Below are positions 39,979-50,058 of a stretch of DNA of 64,000 nucleotides, piece by piece (the first letter of the stretch is position 1; every line of letters begins with the position of its first letter). Source of the DNA: an uncultured delta proteobacterium (GTDB lineage Bacteria > Myxococcota_A > Polyangia > Polyangiales > Polyangiaceae). Below the pieces are notes generated by a model. The model saw only the letters and a program-made list of their open reading frames with translations, did not search any database and was not told where the DNA came from. The position numbers and the translations under genes are program-made. The DNA lies in the NCBI GenBank assembly GCA_963841435.1, contig CAWJCS010000006.1:1344001-1408000 (forward strand). The letters run 5' to 3'.

Positions 39979-41328
39979 TCAGCTTGGGGCGCTCCGCTGC
40001 GCCGCTTCCCAGTAGCCCCGCTCCAGCGCCGCCCAGTCACACACGGCGCCCAGGCGGGCGAGCACGGCGAAGAGCCCGAAGCGGATCCGGAAAAGGAAGA
40101 CCAGCCTGCCGGGCAAACGCAGGCGCGCGATGGCGAGCTTGTCGCGCATCACTTGGCCCATCTCGACGACGATGCGCCCCTCCACACGATGGGCGCCGGG
40201 CTGGAGCAGCGGCCCGAAGAAACCGCGCAGGAGGCTCCTGAGGTGACGGTAAACGTCGTCGTTGTCCGACGGCGCGGCGCCGAGAGCGCGCAGTGCGTTG
40301 CAGACGGCACCACGGTCGTCGTCCCGTACCGCCTGGGCGAGCGCCGCGAACGCGCGAGCAACGTCCGGCTCGAACACCCGCACGCAGCCGTAGTCGAAGA
40401 CGACCACGCGGCCGTCCTCGCGAAAGCAGTAGTTTCCGGGGTGAGGATCCGCATGAAACAGGCCGTGGCGATAGAGCGTGCCGATGTAGAAGTCGAACAG
40501 AGCCCGCCCGGCGCCGTTCCTCGCCTCGTCGCTCGCGGTCGCGCAGAAGGACTCGAAGTCGCGCCCGGTCTCCCAGCTGGTGGTGAGCACGCGCGGCGCG
40601 CACCAGTCGTCGTGGACGCGCGGGACCACGATCACGGGGTCGCTCGCGAAGAGTCGCCCGAACATGCGCTGGCGCTCGGCCTCGAGCACGTAGTCGCACT
40701 CCTCGAGCAGTCGGGCGCGCAGCTCCTCCACGAAGTCACGCCCGGTCGCGCCCATGGCGGGCAGCACTGCGGCGGCGATGCCGGTGCCCATGGCCGCGAA
40801 TCCGAAGTCGGAACGGATCGCCTGGTCGATACCGGGGTGCCGTACCTTGACGGCCACGTCGCTGCCATCCGGCAAGTGTCCGCGGTACACCTGTCCGATC
40901 GACGCAATCGAGACGGGCTCGGGATCCAGAGCCCGCAAGAGCTCCTGGCCGCGCTCGCCGAGGTCCTCGCGAAGCACCTTCTCCACCTGATCACGCGGCG
41001 TGGCGGGCGCCTGCGTCTGGAGCAGACCGAGCAGGCTCCGCATCTCGTCGGGCAGGTCCAGCTCGAGGTAGCTGACGATCTGACCGAACTTCATCGGCAG
41101 CCCCTTGAGGTCGCCGAGCTTCTGCACCAGTCCCTCGAGGTCCGCGAGATCGCGCGCCCCGAGCGTGCCGCCACCCCGCGTCGCGGCCCTGGCAATGCGA
41201 CGCGCCAGACTCGCTCCGCCCCCGATCAGCCGGACGGTTCGCCCGAGCCCGCGCCCCGGCCCACGGCGGCTGTCGTCGCGCAAACGGGCCAGAAAGCGCG
41301 CGCGCCGATCGGGAGGATCCTCAGGCAC
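39979..41328 (-). CDS. ABC1/UbiB/AarF atypical protein kinase
   Basis: MKFGQ, ASIGQVY, VAVKVRHPG, EECDYVLEA, HADPHPGN, DYG. Confidence 0.92.
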   Translation of the reverse strand: MPEDPPDRRARFLARLRDDSRRGPGRGLGRTVRLIGGGASLARRIARAATRGGGTLGARDLADLEGLVQKLGDLKGLPMKFGQIVSYLELDLPDEMRSLLGLLQTQAPATPRDQVEKVLREDLGERGQELLRALDPEPVSIASIGQVYRGHLPDGSDVAVKVRHPGIDQAIRSDFGFAAMGTGIAAAVLPAMGATGRDFVEELRARLLEECDYVLEAERQRMFGRLFASDPVIVVPRVHDDWCAPRVLTTSWETGRDFESFCATASDEARNGAGRALFDFYIGTLYRHGLFHADPHPGNYCFREDGRVVVFDYGCVRVFEPDVARAFAALAQAVRDDDRGAVCNALRALGAAPSDNDDVYRHLRSLLRGFFGPLLQPGAHRVEGRIVVEMGQVMRDKLAIARLRLPGRLVFLFRIRFGLFAVLARLGAVCDWAALERGYWEAAQRSAPS

Positions 41329-41728
41329 CGAAAGCGGATAGTGGATCGACGCGCAGAACGCCACTCGGCGTGAGCCTGCGCCCGATTCGCGCGCGGGAAC
41401 GCGCCATCGGTGGCGGGGACGCCGTCAAGCAGCGCGAAGCGCGCGCAGACTTGACGTGGGTCCAGGCGGGCAGCGCAGCCCTTGCTTTCTTTCCCGGTTG
41501 GAGGACCGGTTCAAGGTTGCACCGTCAATCGGGACGCTCACGCTAGGCCGACCGTCGCGACGCACGACGTGCCGAGCAGGCACCACGCGAACGGCTGCGT
41601 ACCCGCGGCGGCCGGTGCGGCGGGTGCGCGCGCTGCTGCGCTCGTGTCGCCCCGATAACGGGGCACGGATAATAAACGTTTGCTTCCGAGCGGTTGCCGA
41701 AGAGGGGCCGCCCGGTAGGCAATTCTCC

Positions 41729-41759
41729 ACTTGCGAAAAACGCAAGTCGTGTTCACTAT
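41729..41759 (+). promoter_or_regulatory. Sigma70-like promoter with overlapping palindromic operator
   Basis: TTGCGA-17 bp-CACTAT; perfect inverted repeat ACTTGCG-AAAAA-CGCAAGT; GTG follows 7 nt after the -10 box (leaderless). Confidence 0.6.
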
Positions 41760-41765
41760 GAACCC

Positions 41766-41929
41766 GTGACCGCCGACGAGGGCTGGCAATCGCCCGTGCG
41801 GCTGCCGACGGAAACCGTCTCAGATTCTCCGGCCATGCGCTTCAACGAATGCAAGAGCGAGTCGCAACCCACGCGGACGTACGGGAAGCCGTGCGAACCG
41901 CAGATGTTGCGGTTCCGTCGGATGATTGA
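41766..41929 (+). pseudogene. DUF4258-like toxin remnant
   Basis: With one base restored near 41781: MTADE(A)LAIARAAADGNRLRFSGHALQRMQERVATHADVREAVRTADVAVPSDD*; the HAxxRMxER motif is present; C-terminal half is missing. Confidence 0.7.
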
Positions 41930-41942
41930 AGCGAGGCCCACG

Positions 41943-42377
41943 ATGAAGTGCGCGAACTGCAACGAGCGAATGACTCGACGCGGCTACGAGCACGTGACGC
42001 GCGTCGGCGGCTACACCATCACCGACGGCACCGGCATGGTTGAGACCTGCTCGGCGTGCGGGGAAGTGTCTTTGACTGCTGATGAGCTCGCCGGCTACGA
42101 GCGCCGCGCCGCTCGGCTGATTCTCGCCGAGGGTGCGCGCGTCAGTGGGCCGGTGCTCAGATTCGCACGTGCGGCTCTTGGTCTTCGGCAGCGGGACCTT
42201 GCGGCTGTCCTTCGACGCAATGAGCAGCAGATTTCTCGCGACGAGCACGCGGACGACTTGCCGATGGATCTTCGGCTTGCGGTCGCGGAGCTGCTCGAAC
42301 GCGCTTCGCGTGGCGAGAGCCTCGATCGCGTTGGCGCGAGCAGGGAGCGGAAGCTCGAAGTCCGCAAGGTGTCTTAG
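41943..42377 (+). CDS. MqsA/YgiT-type Zn-finger + HTH antitoxin
   Basis: MKCANC...CSACGE, then LRFARAALGLRQRDLAAVL HTH. Confidence 0.82.
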   Translation: MKCANCNERMTRRGYEHVTRVGGYTITDGTGMVETCSACGEVSLTADELAGYERRAARLILAEGARVSGPVLRFARAALGLRQRDLAAVLRRNEQQISRDEHADDLPMDLRLAVAELLERASRGESLDRVGASRERKLEVRKVS

Positions 42378-42755
42378 TCCCACCAACGCGAAGTCGCGTC
42401 GCCGTCGCGAGCGAGCTGGTCTTTTGCGCGATCCAGCCCGCTGGCGTGGCGCTGGTCCCAGCGTCCGCCGCTCCTTCCGCGTCCCCCGGCATCTTCTGCA
42501 ACAACGACATCTGCGCGAGCAACTGCAGCGGCGGATGGGCGTTCAGCGAGCTGACCGCGGCGACCGATCCGCGCATCGTAGAGAACAACTACTTCCGAGG
42601 AGGGCGGCGGCCCACGCTGGCTCAAAGGTCCGTGGTACCCTCGGCCGCATGGTGACGCGGATGGTGGTCCGCGCGGCGTGCTCTCTTTTCGCGCTCGCGC
42701 TCCCGAGCGTCGTCGCATGCAGCGGCGTGTCACGGGACGAGAGTCCGACCGCCGC

Positions 42756-44228
42756 TCAGAGCAGGATCTCGTCGATGACGCTCGTGCCGACGCCCATGCT
42801 GGCTTCGGTGCTGCCGAAACCGCGGGCGAGCGTCAAAAGGTAGTCGCCGTGGCTCCGGTTCACGCTCAGCGCCTGTCCGGTCCGGAAGGGCGTGCCGCTG
42901 CCACCGATCAAGAGGTACGGCAGGTTCTTCAGCGAGTGCTGCCCCGCGGTGCTGTTCGCGTTCGGCCCCGCGTACTCGGAAACGCAGAGCACCGTCGTGC
43001 TGTCGAGCAGCGTGCCGGTGCCGTCCGGGACGGAGGCGAGGCGGTCGAGCAGCTCCTTGAGCTGTCCCATGAACCAGCGCTGGATGCGCAGGCGATCGCG
43101 CGTGGAGACCGCCGCGGTGATGCGGTGCCCCGCGTCCTCGAAGGCGCCGTCCTCGGGGTGGGCCAGGCCGTGATCGCCCGCGCCCGGGTACTCGAGATCC
43201 GGCAAGAAGTCGTAGCGGTAGTCGGTGAGCTTGCCGTTCTGGATCTTGTTCTCGCCCGAAGCCCCCCACTGGATGGTCACCGCCGGCGCGTAGCCGAGCG
43301 CGAGCGCCGTCACCGCCAGATCGCGGACGAACGGCGCGACGGTCGGCAGCTTTGCGATGTCGGTCTGCGCCGCCTGCACGTCCGGATCGCTCGGGTCGAC
43401 CAGCGGCCCGCCCGACGCCGTCGGTCGCATCTCGGTCTCGAGCCGCTCGAGCCGCGCGACCTCCTCGACGTAGGCCTCCAGGCGCAAGGCGGCCGGCGTT
43501 CCCGCCGCGCAGCGCAGGGCCTCGACCCGCTCGCGCACCGAGCCGAGCACGGCCAGCCGGCTCGCCGTCTTCAGCGCGGGATCCTCGCCCGGGTCCGTCG
43601 GCGGGCCCACTGCGTCGAGCACCCGTCGCGCGTCGCTCACCGGCTGCCACGAGGGCTCCACGTAGTCGCGTCCACGCGGGCGGCTCACGTCGCGGGTGCC
43701 GTCGTACGAGACCCGATTGCCGTAAACGCCCGTGCGGAACACCGGCTCGGCATGCGTCGAGTTGGCGTGCACCTCCGCCATCAGCACGTCGAGCGACGGG
43801 GACGACCCGGTGTTGTCCCCGCTCACCGCCTCGCCCGTCAGACAGCTTCGAACGGCCGGCGCGTGGTCGGGCTCGCCCGGATTGTCGAGCCCTTTCACCA
43901 AGAGCGCGCGGTCCGCGTAGCTCGCGATCGGCTGGAGCAGGAACGTCGGCCGATCCCCCGAGGCAATGCTCTGATTGAAGTCCTGTCCGCTGAGATCGTC
44001 GCTGCGATCGCTGCGGATACCGAGCGCGCCGGCCTGCTCGGGCCAGAACCACTCCGGCACGTTGCCGTCGGCCGTGTACCAGACGATGAGCCGCTGCGCC
44101 GGCGCCCCCTGGGCGACCGCCCGCGTGATCAGGCGCGACCACAGGGGAGAGGTCGCGGCGAGCCCTGCGAGCGAAGCGGGCACGCCGGTCAGGAGCCCAC
44201 GCCGGGTGAAGCGCGGTCCTCGCGTCAT
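42756..44228 (-). CDS. DUF1552 domain protein (Tat signal)
   Basis: FTRRGLL, QRLIVW...G, SLDVLMA, TLLDSTTVL..SE, HSLKNLP. Confidence 0.88.
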   Translation of the reverse strand: MTRGPRFTRRGLLTGVPASLAGLAATSPLWSRLITRAVAQGAPAQRLIVWYTADGNVPEWFWPEQAGALGIRSDRSDDLSGQDFNQSIASGDRPTFLLQPIASYADRALLVKGLDNPGEPDHAPAVRSCLTGEAVSGDNTGSSPSLDVLMAEVHANSTHAEPVFRTGVYGNRVSYDGTRDVSRPRGRDYVEPSWQPVSDARRVLDAVGPPTDPGEDPALKTASRLAVLGSVRERVEALRCAAGTPAALRLEAYVEEVARLERLETEMRPTASGGPLVDPSDPDVQAAQTDIAKLPTVAPFVRDLAVTALALGYAPAVTIQWGASGENKIQNGKLTDYRYDFLPDLEYPGAGDHGLAHPEDGAFEDAGHRITAAVSTRDRLRIQRWFMGQLKELLDRLASVPDGTGTLLDSTTVLCVSEYAGPNANSTAGQHSLKNLPYLLIGGSGTPFRTGQALSVNRSHGDYLLTLARGFGSTEASMGVGTSVIDEILL

Positions 44229-45901
44229 GGTCCCTCGCACCAGGGCGTGAGCGCCTGCGAGCGCTCCACGAGCGACACGACGGCCTGCTCGACCACGCTC
44301 CGGAGGCCGGCCCCGCCCTTGACGCTCCCGGCGAGCTCCGAGACGAAGCTCGGGTCGACCGCATCGAGCGGCACCTCCAAAAAGAAGCTCAAGAAATGCC
44401 GCGCGAAGCAGGCCGAGAAGGCATTGCTCCCCGCCACGGCCTGCAGGAGCTCCGGCAGCGTCGCGTAGGTGCCGGCAAGCTCGGCCTGCTCGAGCACCTC
44501 CGCGGGCTCGGGGTCCCCCACGTGATCCAGATCCAGCACCGAGAACGCGCGCCCGATCGGATCCATCAAGCTGTGGCACCCCTTGCAGCGCGGATCGGTC
44601 GTGCGGTCCCCGACCTCCTCCGCCAGCGCCAAGAGGTCCGCGCTCGGCGGCGGGATGTCGTCGCAGAAAAGGGCCTTTCGCACCAACTTGCCGCGGAAGA
44701 TCGGCCGCCGCGTCGCGTCGGGATGCCGCGTCGCCCCCGCGAAGAGCTCCTCGCCGAGCAGACCCCGCCGCCCCGACGCCTCCGGCCACTCGAGCGCGAC
44801 CACCTCGCCGCCGCCCGGCACGCTCGCGAGCCCGTAGGCCTCGCCGTTGTCCTTTTGCACGAAGCCCTGCGTCCCCGCGATGAGCTCGGTCACGGGCCGA
44901 TCCGTCTTCAGTGCGTCACCGACCGCCGCCAGCAGTTCGGCGAACACTGGCGAGCTCGCAAAGCTCGGATCGGAGAGCTTGAGATCGGTGTCCACCTCCA
45001 GCCACTGTCCAACGAAGCGCGCGAGCACCGGCACGGCGCGTGCGTCCCCGGAAAGCCGCGCCGCCTCCAGCCGCAAGCGCTCCCCGAGCCCCGCCGCCGT
45101 CCCCTCCGCCGCCGCGCTGAGCTCCGCGTCCGGCGCGGCATCCCACAAGGTGTAGCTCAGGTGCTCGGCGAGGCGCCGGCCGCGGGCCGCGTCTCCGGGC
45201 ACCGAGGTCGAGCGAAACAGGAAGTCCGGGCTGACGAGCGCCGCCTGCAGCATGGCGCGCGTGGCCTCTTCGGCGGAGACGCCCACCGCCTCGAGCTCGG
45301 TCACGAGGGCCGCGGAGCGTTCGATCAGGGCGTCGCTCGCGGGTGCGCGGACGAGCAGGCCGAGCGGTCCCGCGTACGCGTCGCGCACGCAGCTCGCCGC
45401 AGCCGTCGCGCTGCACGCGGGGAGGAGTGCGGGTACGATCCGCGCCGCGAGGTCTTCACCCGCGAGCAGGTACGGATGCACGGGGTCGGGGGAGACGGCC
45501 GCGTTGGAGGTGAACGGGCCGACCCGTCCGTCCACCGGGAGGAGGCCCAGGTCGGGCTCGACTCCCAGCGCCGCGCTGACGGTCTGGACGTACTCGGCCT
45601 GCGTCAGGCGGGAGTAGCCGGGCTCGAGATCGGCCGGCTGCGTGGCAGTCCCGGCTGCGCCGGCGGAGGCGCCTCCAGTGCCCGCGTTGCTCGAGCCGCC
45701 GGTGGTCCCTCCGCTTTTGCCGGCCGAGCCGGCGTTGGGTGCGGCGCCGCCGGTCGCCGGGGGGTTGCCCGGCGGGGCGGTGCCGGGGGGTGCGCTCTGG
45801 TCGCCGCGCTGGATGTCGGCGGTGCAGGCGGTGAGTCCGGCGATGCCGAGGGCGAGCACCGTCAGGGCGGCCCTCGCGTGGGGTCTCGGTCTCGGGCTCA
45901 C
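44225..45901 (-). CDS. DUF1587/1595/1592/1588/1585 (PSCyt-type) lipoprotein
   Basis: GTG 45901, LTAC lipobox; RLTQAEY, SPDFLFR, LSYTLW..PD, PIFRG, CKGCH..MDPIG. Confidence 0.85.
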   Translation of the reverse strand: MSPRPRPHARAALTVLALGIAGLTACTADIQRGDQSAPPGTAPPGNPPATGGAAPNAGSAGKSGGTTGGSSNAGTGGASAGAAGTATQPADLEPGYSRLTQAEYVQTVSAALGVEPDLGLLPVDGRVGPFTSNAAVSPDPVHPYLLAGEDLAARIVPALLPACSATAAASCVRDAYAGPLGLLVRAPASDALIERSAALVTELEAVGVSAEEATRAMLQAALVSPDFLFRSTSVPGDAARGRRLAEHLSYTLWDAAPDAELSAAAEGTAAGLGERLRLEAARLSGDARAVPVLARFVGQWLEVDTDLKLSDPSFASSPVFAELLAAVGDALKTDRPVTELIAGTQGFVQKDNGEAYGLASVPGGGEVVALEWPEASGRRGLLGEELFAGATRHPDATRRPIFRGKLVRKALFCDDIPPPSADLLALAEEVGDRTTDPRCKGCHSLMDPIGRAFSVLDLDHVGDPEPAEVLEQAELAGTYATLPELLQAVAGSNAFSACFARHFLSFFLEVPLDAVDPSFVSELAGSVKGGAGLRSVVEQAVVSLVERSQALTPWCEGP

Positions 45902-45933
45902 GATGGGAGGTACCGTGAGGGGAGGAGGGTGGC

Positions 45934-46630
45934 TCAGGGGGCGGGGCTGGAGCACGTCCAGGTGGCCGGGGTCGCGATGATCCCCTCGCCGGACGTTCTG
46001 GTCCGCGGTTTCTCGGAGGGTCCACTCGGTCATGCGGCCCTCCACGTAGTCCGAGTGCACCGCGACGAGGAAGATCGAGCCCGTCTCCGGCCACTCCGCT
46101 TGCCACTCGAAGGTGTAGCTGCCCTGGTAGCCATCCATTTCGCTCGGATGGACTTCGACGAGCAGGTCGTCGCCCTCCATGTATTGAGCGGTGACGGTCC
46201 ACGTCTCGCTGAGGCTGCCGTCGGTGGTTTCGAAGGTCAGGGTGGCCTCGATGTCGAGGTGGGCCGGGCAGGCGAGGCGAACTCCAGGTGGTGCTTTTCC
46301 GGTGACCTCTTGCGCCAGGTCACCCCAGGCGAGTGAGAGGGTCGCGTCGGTCTCCACCCCCGAGGGGGTCCAGGTTGCGTCCGGTTGGTCACCGAGCGGT
46401 GTCCAGGTGACGCGACAGGACCAGGGTGCTTCGCCGATGTGGAAGCGGGCGCCGACTTCGGCGACGCTCATGTTCAGGACGGCGGTCACTTCGTCGCGAT
46501 CGACGGTACGGCGAGTCCAGTTGCAGCCTTGGTCCGTGGACTTTGGCCCGCTGAGTTGTCCGCCGCCGTCACCACACGCGGTGACGAGTGCGACGATGGC
46601 GATGGGCCATGCCGAACGGCCGCTGAGCAT
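45934..46630 (-). CDS. Hypothetical lipoprotein, probably frameshifted near 45990 (fused to next gene in ORF track)
   Basis: VTAC lipobox; alternative frame GEGIIATPATWTCSSPAP* ends at 45934. Confidence 0.55.
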
Positions 46631-46664
46631 GCGAAAGTATGTTAGCTGACCTGCGCCCGGATGC

Positions 46665-48410
46665 TCATTGCGTTCCGGCGGGGGCCCCCGGCCGTTTCAG
46701 CTCGAGAAAAACGAAGTAGCCGCTTTCGCCATTTCCGGGGTCATCGAGCCAGACGGTAGAAAGGCGATAGTGCTGCTCGATGAACGCAGGGTGCGCCCGA
46801 ATCCAGCCCGTGTATCGGTCCGAATCGGGGTAGTAGTTGTGCAGGGCGTCCGCCATCGCCAGCGCGGTCGTAGCGAGCCCGCGAATGTCTTTCGACGCGA
46901 AGGTCTTGGAAGGCATGAAGTACGTGGGCAGGCGTCCGAAGCTGTAGTCCAGGTCCGACTTTTCGTGACCCGCCCAACCCGAGCCCAGGCCCGCCGTGGC
47001 CACCCTCGCGATGTGCCGGTCCGTCAGGCCATGCAGGTCGTGAATCGCGAGGTTTGCCGCATAGTATCCAGTCGCGCCAATGGCTCTGGTCGCCAAGCTT
47101 TCGCCCGGCGCGCGCTGGTAATGGTCGAAGAACTTCCCGATCACGGTGAGCCGTGACACGTGCCAGCGTTCCTTCTGGACACCTCGATACATTCCGTGTT
47201 GCTGAGGCGGCACTTGGAAGAAGTGCTTTTCGAGAGGGGTCGAGTGGATCACGGTGCCGCAAAGACCGAGCGTCACCGCCAGCAGGGTGGCCGCGCCGAG
47301 GTAAGGGGACCGAAGCGACGCCTCTTCGAGATTCGCCAGCGGGGGCACGATCAGCAAGTAGACGAAGGGCAGGATGGGGACCATGAACCGGAACATTGCC
47401 ATGTAGTCGCCCCCCACCTGGCGAACGTAGGCAAGATACGCGACAACCACCGTCATCGCGATGGCCGTGCTCGCATGCTCGCTGGCCCAGGCGAAGAGGC
47501 GAGACAGGCGCCGCCCGCCCTTCGCGAAGTCAAGGCGGCTTTCCCACAACGCCACGAGCAGAATGAAGGCCAGCGGCCGCAGAAAAAAGCGGCCGAAGGC
47601 TTTCACGTAGACGGTTCCTCGTTCGAGCTGCGCCGACCCGCCCCCGGTTTTGGCGTAGAACGTGTTCGGTACCAGGTCTCTGAACTCGTTCCAACGCCAG
47701 ACGAGGAACACGATCAACGGCAGCACGTAGGCAGCGACGGCTAGGGCGTAGTCACGAGCACCGAGGCGGAAGCGGCGACGGAATAGGGCCACTGCGAGAC
47801 CGGCCAGCAGTACGAGGACCAGGCCTCCCTCCGGCCGGAGCAGCGTCGCCACGCAGAGCGACGAGGCACCGGCGACGAGCCACCGAGCCGAGCCACCCTC
47901 GAGGCTCTCCAGGAAGCCCAAAACCCCGAACAAAAGGTAGAAGCCGAAAGTCGTCATCTCCATCCCGCTGGCCGCCCACGTGGCGAATGGCCCGGAGACC
48001 ACCAGGAATGCGCACGGCACGAGGGCGACTCGGGGGCTCGCGTGCATGTGACGCCGAGCAATGCGGTACGTGAGTGACAGTGTGCCGATGGCGGAGCACA
48101 CACCGACAATCTGTGTGACCAAAAACACGTCGAGACCGAACCGCAGCGCGGCCGCCGAAAGGATCACCCACAGGAACGTCGTGAAGCCCTCGATGGGCGC
48201 CTCGTTGACGTTCCAGACGAAGCCGTGCCCTGTCGCCAAATTCCTGGCAAAACGGAAGGTGATGTGTGCGTCTTCAGCGACGCAGGCGAGGTAGATGGTG
48301 TGAAAGAGGAACGCGCACAAGAGCACGCCGAATCCGATCCGCACGGTACCGCTCGGCCTCCCGGTCTCTGCCGAGCTCGAAGGCGGTGCATCGATGTTGG
48401 ACTTCTGCAT
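46665..48410 (-). CDS. GT-C-type membrane glycosyltransferase
   Basis: EDAHITFRFARN...EGFT, SGME, RPEG, PNTFYAK, GGDYM..FRF, DLHGLTD. Confidence 0.8.
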   Translation of the reverse strand: MQKSNIDAPPSSSAETGRPSGTVRIGFGVLLCAFLFHTIYLACVAEDAHITFRFARNLATGHGFVWNVNEAPIEGFTTFLWVILSAAALRFGLDVFLVTQIVGVCSAIGTLSLTYRIARRHMHASPRVALVPCAFLVVSGPFATWAASGMEMTTFGFYLLFGVLGFLESLEGGSARWLVAGASSLCVATLLRPEGGLVLVLLAGLAVALFRRRFRLGARDYALAVAAYVLPLIVFLVWRWNEFRDLVPNTFYAKTGGGSAQLERGTVYVKAFGRFFLRPLAFILLVALWESRLDFAKGGRRLSRLFAWASEHASTAIAMTVVVAYLAYVRQVGGDYMAMFRFMVPILPFVYLLIVPPLANLEEASLRSPYLGAATLLAVTLGLCGTVIHSTPLEKHFFQVPPQQHGMYRGVQKERWHVSRLTVIGKFFDHYQRAPGESLATRAIGATGYYAANLAIHDLHGLTDRHIARVATAGLGSGWAGHEKSDLDYSFGRLPTYFMPSKTFASKDIRGLATTALAMADALHNYYPDSDRYTGWIRAHPAFIEQHYRLSTVWLDDPGNGESGYFVFLELKRPGAPAGTQ

Positions 48411-48845
48411 GGCGCTGTTCGATCAATCGGTTTCGCTCGCCGAATCGTCAGCGCGACTCCCCTGGAATCGCTATGTCGTAGTCATGCGCGCGGCGCGCCC
48501 ATGCGACGACGCTAGCACGACGCGCCCCGCGTATACCCGATATCCGTATTTTGTGTCAGCGCAGCACGGTTCCCTGGCCGCCTCCCGAATCCCCACGACC
48601 GCCTGCGAGTTAGATCTCCGCCCTTTCTCGGCGGCCGACTCGGTTCACCGACCGAGGGGCAGCGGCTTCGGCGGACTCGAAGACAAGAGCCGAGAACTCG
48701 CTCGCTCTCCAAACTCGTGGCTCCAAGGTGGGCCACAAGGCGGTCCGTGGTCCACGCCAGTGTCCTGAAATACTTGATTGTTTGCGGCGTTGAGCGCCGG
48801 CATGAACAGTGCGCGCTCTGCTTGCAAGCTGAGGCCGGCTTCCGA

Positions 48846-48876
48846 TTGACGTCTGCGGGGCATTGGTCAATATTGC
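48846..48876 (+). promoter_or_regulatory. Sigma70-like promoter with CAATATTG palindrome
   Basis: TTGACG-17 bp-AATATT upstream of toxin stub and XRE gene. Confidence 0.5.
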
Positions 48877-48886
48877 CTAATACGTC

Positions 48887-48951
48887 GTGCAGGTCGTCAT
48901 CGCCCCGGATGCTCAGGTCGAGGTTCGCGCCTTGCCGGTCACGAGGACTGA
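48887..48951 (+). pseudogene. RelE/ParE-like toxin stub (internal deletion)
   Basis: GTG-QVVIAPDAQVEVRALP followed out of frame by GAG GAC TGA (ED*), 3 nt before the antitoxin ATG. Confidence 0.55.
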
Positions 48952-48954
48952 ACA

Positions 48955-49318
48955 ATGCCGAACAAGGGAACTGCCGTCGCTGGGATGCTGACCATCCGCG
49001 GCGTGGAGTACGTCGTCATCCCCAAAGCCGAGTACCTGCGCGTGCAAGACAGCGCGGTCCCTGAAAGCACGATTGATGCTCACGCGTTCGTGCGCGAATC
49101 GATCGCTGGGGATCTTCGAGCCGCGCGCGAGCATGCCAAGCTGACGCAAGCGAGCCTCGCCAAGAAGATGGGCAAGAGCCAGACGTTGGTGAGCCAAGCG
49201 GAGGCCGGCATCGCACGGGTGAGCGAGCGCTACGTTCGGGCAGTGCTCAAGGCTTGCTGCCTTCCCGCCGACTGGTCGGGTTCGAAGGCGAAGCCGCGGA
49301 CACGCGGCAGGAAATCTT

Positions 49319-49320
<2 letters not shown>
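48955..49320 (+). CDS. XRE-family HTH protein, HigA-like antitoxin
   Basis: EYVVIPKAEY N-terminal motif; LRAAREHAKLTQASLAKKMGKSQTLVSQAEAG. Confidence 0.85.
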
Positions 49321-49958
<638 letters not shown>

Positions 49959-49975
49959 GTAAGCGGTGGGGCGGC

Positions 49976-50003
49976 TTCATACCACAAGGAAGGCCCCGCT
50001 CAA
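49976..50003 (-). promoter_or_regulatory. Probable stable-RNA promoter of tRNA-Asp
   Basis: TTGAGC-16 bp-TATGAA with TG extension and GC-rich discriminator. Confidence 0.5.
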
Positions 50004-50058
50004 GCGGGTTCGCGCCTGAACCGGCCCGTGGGCTGGCGTTGGCTGGCGCCGGCGGCGG

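Noticed and set aside
44225-46630. 801-aa fusion of a lipoprotein with the DUF1592 protein
   Set aside because: A second signal peptide and lipobox lie mid-ORF, and a probable frameshift near 45990 explains the read-through
48700-48790. Possible second att arm or element end (AT-richer CCTGAAATACTTGATTG; weak inverted similarity to the array unit)
   Set aside because: Match is only about 13/17 in GC-rich DNA and has no tRNA core; too weak to call
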